A DNA stretch of 64,000 nt from Alphaproteobacteria bacterium (lineage in GTDB: Bacteria > Pseudomonadota > Alphaproteobacteria > UBA828): assembly GCA_965221125.1 (NCBI GenBank), contig CBDCRW010000007.1:448001-512000 (forward strand), given 5' to 3'. Made by a program: the position numbers and the translations under genes. A model generated the notes under the pieces. That model was not told the DNA's origin. It did no database searches and saw nothing but the letters and a program-made list of their open reading frames with translations. Shown here piece by piece: positions 62,496 through 64,000 of this stretch (within the stretch, counting starts at the first letter, position 1; the number at the start of each line of letters is the position of its first letter).

Positions 62496-63389
62496 TCACT
62501 CCACCGCCTCGGCCTCCGGGCGGGCCCAGCGGCGCTCGAAGGCCCAGACGTCCTCGAAGCCCATCAGCGTGTGCATCTCGGGCAGCGAGATCATCGGCGC
62601 ATCCACGTTGGCGGTCGAGCCGTCGCGCAGGAGCGCCTCGAACGCGCGCTTCATGGAGCCGGCCGCCGGCAGCATGCCGATGGCGGGGTAGATCGCGATG
62701 TTGAAGCCGAGCGCCTGAAGCCTGTCAGCGGGCACGATGGGGGTCTTGCCGCTGTCCACCATGTTGGCGAGCAGCGGCTTGTCGATGGTCTCGCCGATGC
62801 GCGCGATCTCGTCCTCGTTCTCCGGCGCTTCGATGAAGATCACGTCGGCGCCGGCGTCCGCGAAGGCTTGGCCGCGCGCGAGCGCCTCGTCGAGGCCGAG
62901 GCTCGTGCGCGCGTCGGTGCGCGCGATGATGAGGAAGTCGGGGTCGCGGCGCGCGTCTGCGGCGACCTTGATCTTCTCCAGCATGTCTTCGACGGGAACC
63001 ACGCGGCGGCCCGGCGTATGGCCGCATTTTTTGGGCATCTCCTGGTCTTCGAGCTGGATCGCGGAGCAGCCCGCGTCCTCGTAGCCCTGCACCGTGTGGC
63101 GGACGTTCAACAGGCCGCCGAAGCCGGTGTCGGCGTCGCAGATGAGCGGCGAGGCGGTGCCGCCCGCGATGGTGCGGACCCGGCTCACGACGTCGGCGTA
63201 GCTCGCGATGCCCGCGTCCGGCAGGCCGAGGTGCGAGGCGGCGACGCCGTAGCCGGTCATGTAGAGCGCGCGGAAGCCGATGCTGTCGGCGACCTTGGCG
63301 GAGATCATGTCGTAGACGCCGGGCGCCACGACGAAGTGGCCCTCCCGGACCGCGCCGGCGAGCGCGGCGCGCTTCTCGCTCGCATTCAT
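62496..63389 (-). CDS. Isocitrate lyase/PEP mutase family protein (PrpB/dimethylmalate lyase-like)
   Basis: GGAGGA RBS; APGVYD, DADTGFGG, LEDQ.MPKKCGH, IARTDAR. Confidence 0.9.
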   Translation of the reverse strand: MNASEKRAALAGAVREGHFVVAPGVYDMISAKVADSIGFRALYMTGYGVAASHLGLPDAGIASYADVVSRVRTIAGGTASPLICDADTGFGGLLNVRHTVQGYEDAGCSAIQLEDQEMPKKCGHTPGRRVVPVEDMLEKIKVAADARRDPDFLIIARTDARTSLGLDEALARGQAFADAGADVIFIEAPENEDEIARIGETIDKPLLANMVDSGKTPIVPADRLQALGFNIAIYPAIGMLPAAGSMKRAFEALLRDGSTANVDAPMISLPEMHTLMGFEDVWAFERRWARPEAEAVE

Positions 63390-63453
63390 GGTCTTTCCTC
63401 CATCAAGCCCGGATCGGTCGCGATTGAGCCGGCGTTCCGGGCGGCAACGCGGT

Positions 63454-63921
63454 TCATGCGCGAGACTGGTAACTTGTAAAGTTGAATGCGGATCCGCTTT
63501 CTCTTCTTGTGGCTGCAAGATAGAGGGCGAGGTCAACGGTGATCAAGGGATTGGAGGTCGAAATGACTTCGAGAAGACCGGCATCCGTAAGTCCGAGTCG
63601 TATGAATTCCTTTCTTTGACTGGCAGCTCTGCTGGTTACCACGATTTCTTCTTGTTCTTCAATAAATATTCGAAGTGTTTCGAAAATGCGTGATCGTTCG
63701 GGTTCGCCATGTTTGTCTAACAGATTCGACGCTTCGGTCAATGTATTCGGTGTGACAAGTACCTTGTCCACGTGGCCAATTTTGTCGATCAATATGTCGT
63801 AGTCCTTCTCTTGAAACTCCTTTAGACGGCGGTGCTTGGCGATCAACTTCCTGTCGGTTGCACCGACGACAAAAAGCATCAGTAAGCCCGTGTCCAAGAA
63901 AATTCTCCTGGCGCGAATCAA
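63454..63921 (-). CDS. PIN domain protein (lower GC)
   Basis: TTG start after GGAG; FLDTGLL, TPNTLTEASN, LGLTDA, LITVD acidic PIN motifs. Confidence 0.8.
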   Translation of the reverse strand: MIRARRIFLDTGLLMLFVVGATDRKLIAKHRRLKEFQEKDYDILIDKIGHVDKVLVTPNTLTEASNLLDKHGEPERSRIFETLRIFIEEQEEIVVTSRAASQRKEFIRLGLTDAGLLEVISTSNPLITVDLALYLAATRRESGSAFNFTSYQSRA

Positions 63922-63925
63922 GATT

Positions 63926-64000
63926 CTACTCCACAGCAAAAACTCTGTTTTTTACGGATAAGATTTGACCGTCGCTATCGCGAACAAGTACAACTTTGTA
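63926..64000 (-). CDS. C-terminus of a hypothetical protein upstream of the PIN gene (truncated by window edge)
   Basis: Open frame YKVVLVRDSDGQILSVKNRVFAVE* ends 4 nt before the PIN start; same low GC. Confidence 0.6.
   Translation of the reverse strand, partial: YKVVLVRDSDGQILSVKNRVFAVE

Overview
GC-rich (about 70% by eye) chromosomal segment, most likely from an alphaproteobacterium. The basis is the synteny folK/NYN-UDG/smpB-dapA/slt and ctpA-rppH, plus DUF1491, DUF971-Trm112-LonN-CnoX and recG. Housekeeping genes are interleaved with transport and catabolic modules: choline betI-betA/choXWV, frmA, an Opp/Dpp peptide ABC system, a Pot-type ABC transporter with an ATP-dependent lactamase/hydantoinase pair, PrpD-rhodanese-TauD, and a CoA-transferase/acyl-CoA dehydrogenase pair. 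There are three complete IS elements (IS481, IS1380, IS5) with readable ends and four lower-GC one- or two-gene islets without an integrase. Most notable signals: (1) a P4-less SAM-I riboswitch followed directly by a Cys-Cys leader ORF upstream of an OsmC + flavin monooxygenase operon; (2) an 832-bp islet bracketed by a 95-bp duplication of the oppF 3' end, with a possible shorter echo of the same pattern around a B12 radical-SAM gene; (3) two copies of a hairpin-ended MITE-like element, each ending on a TAG stop codon, one carrying a 10-bp-periodic GGCACAAG array upstream of recG; (4) an IS1380 that split a gene but supplies an in-frame ATG from its own inverted repeat. No tRNA, rRNA or CRISPR array was seen. 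All product calls are motif-based, with no database search.
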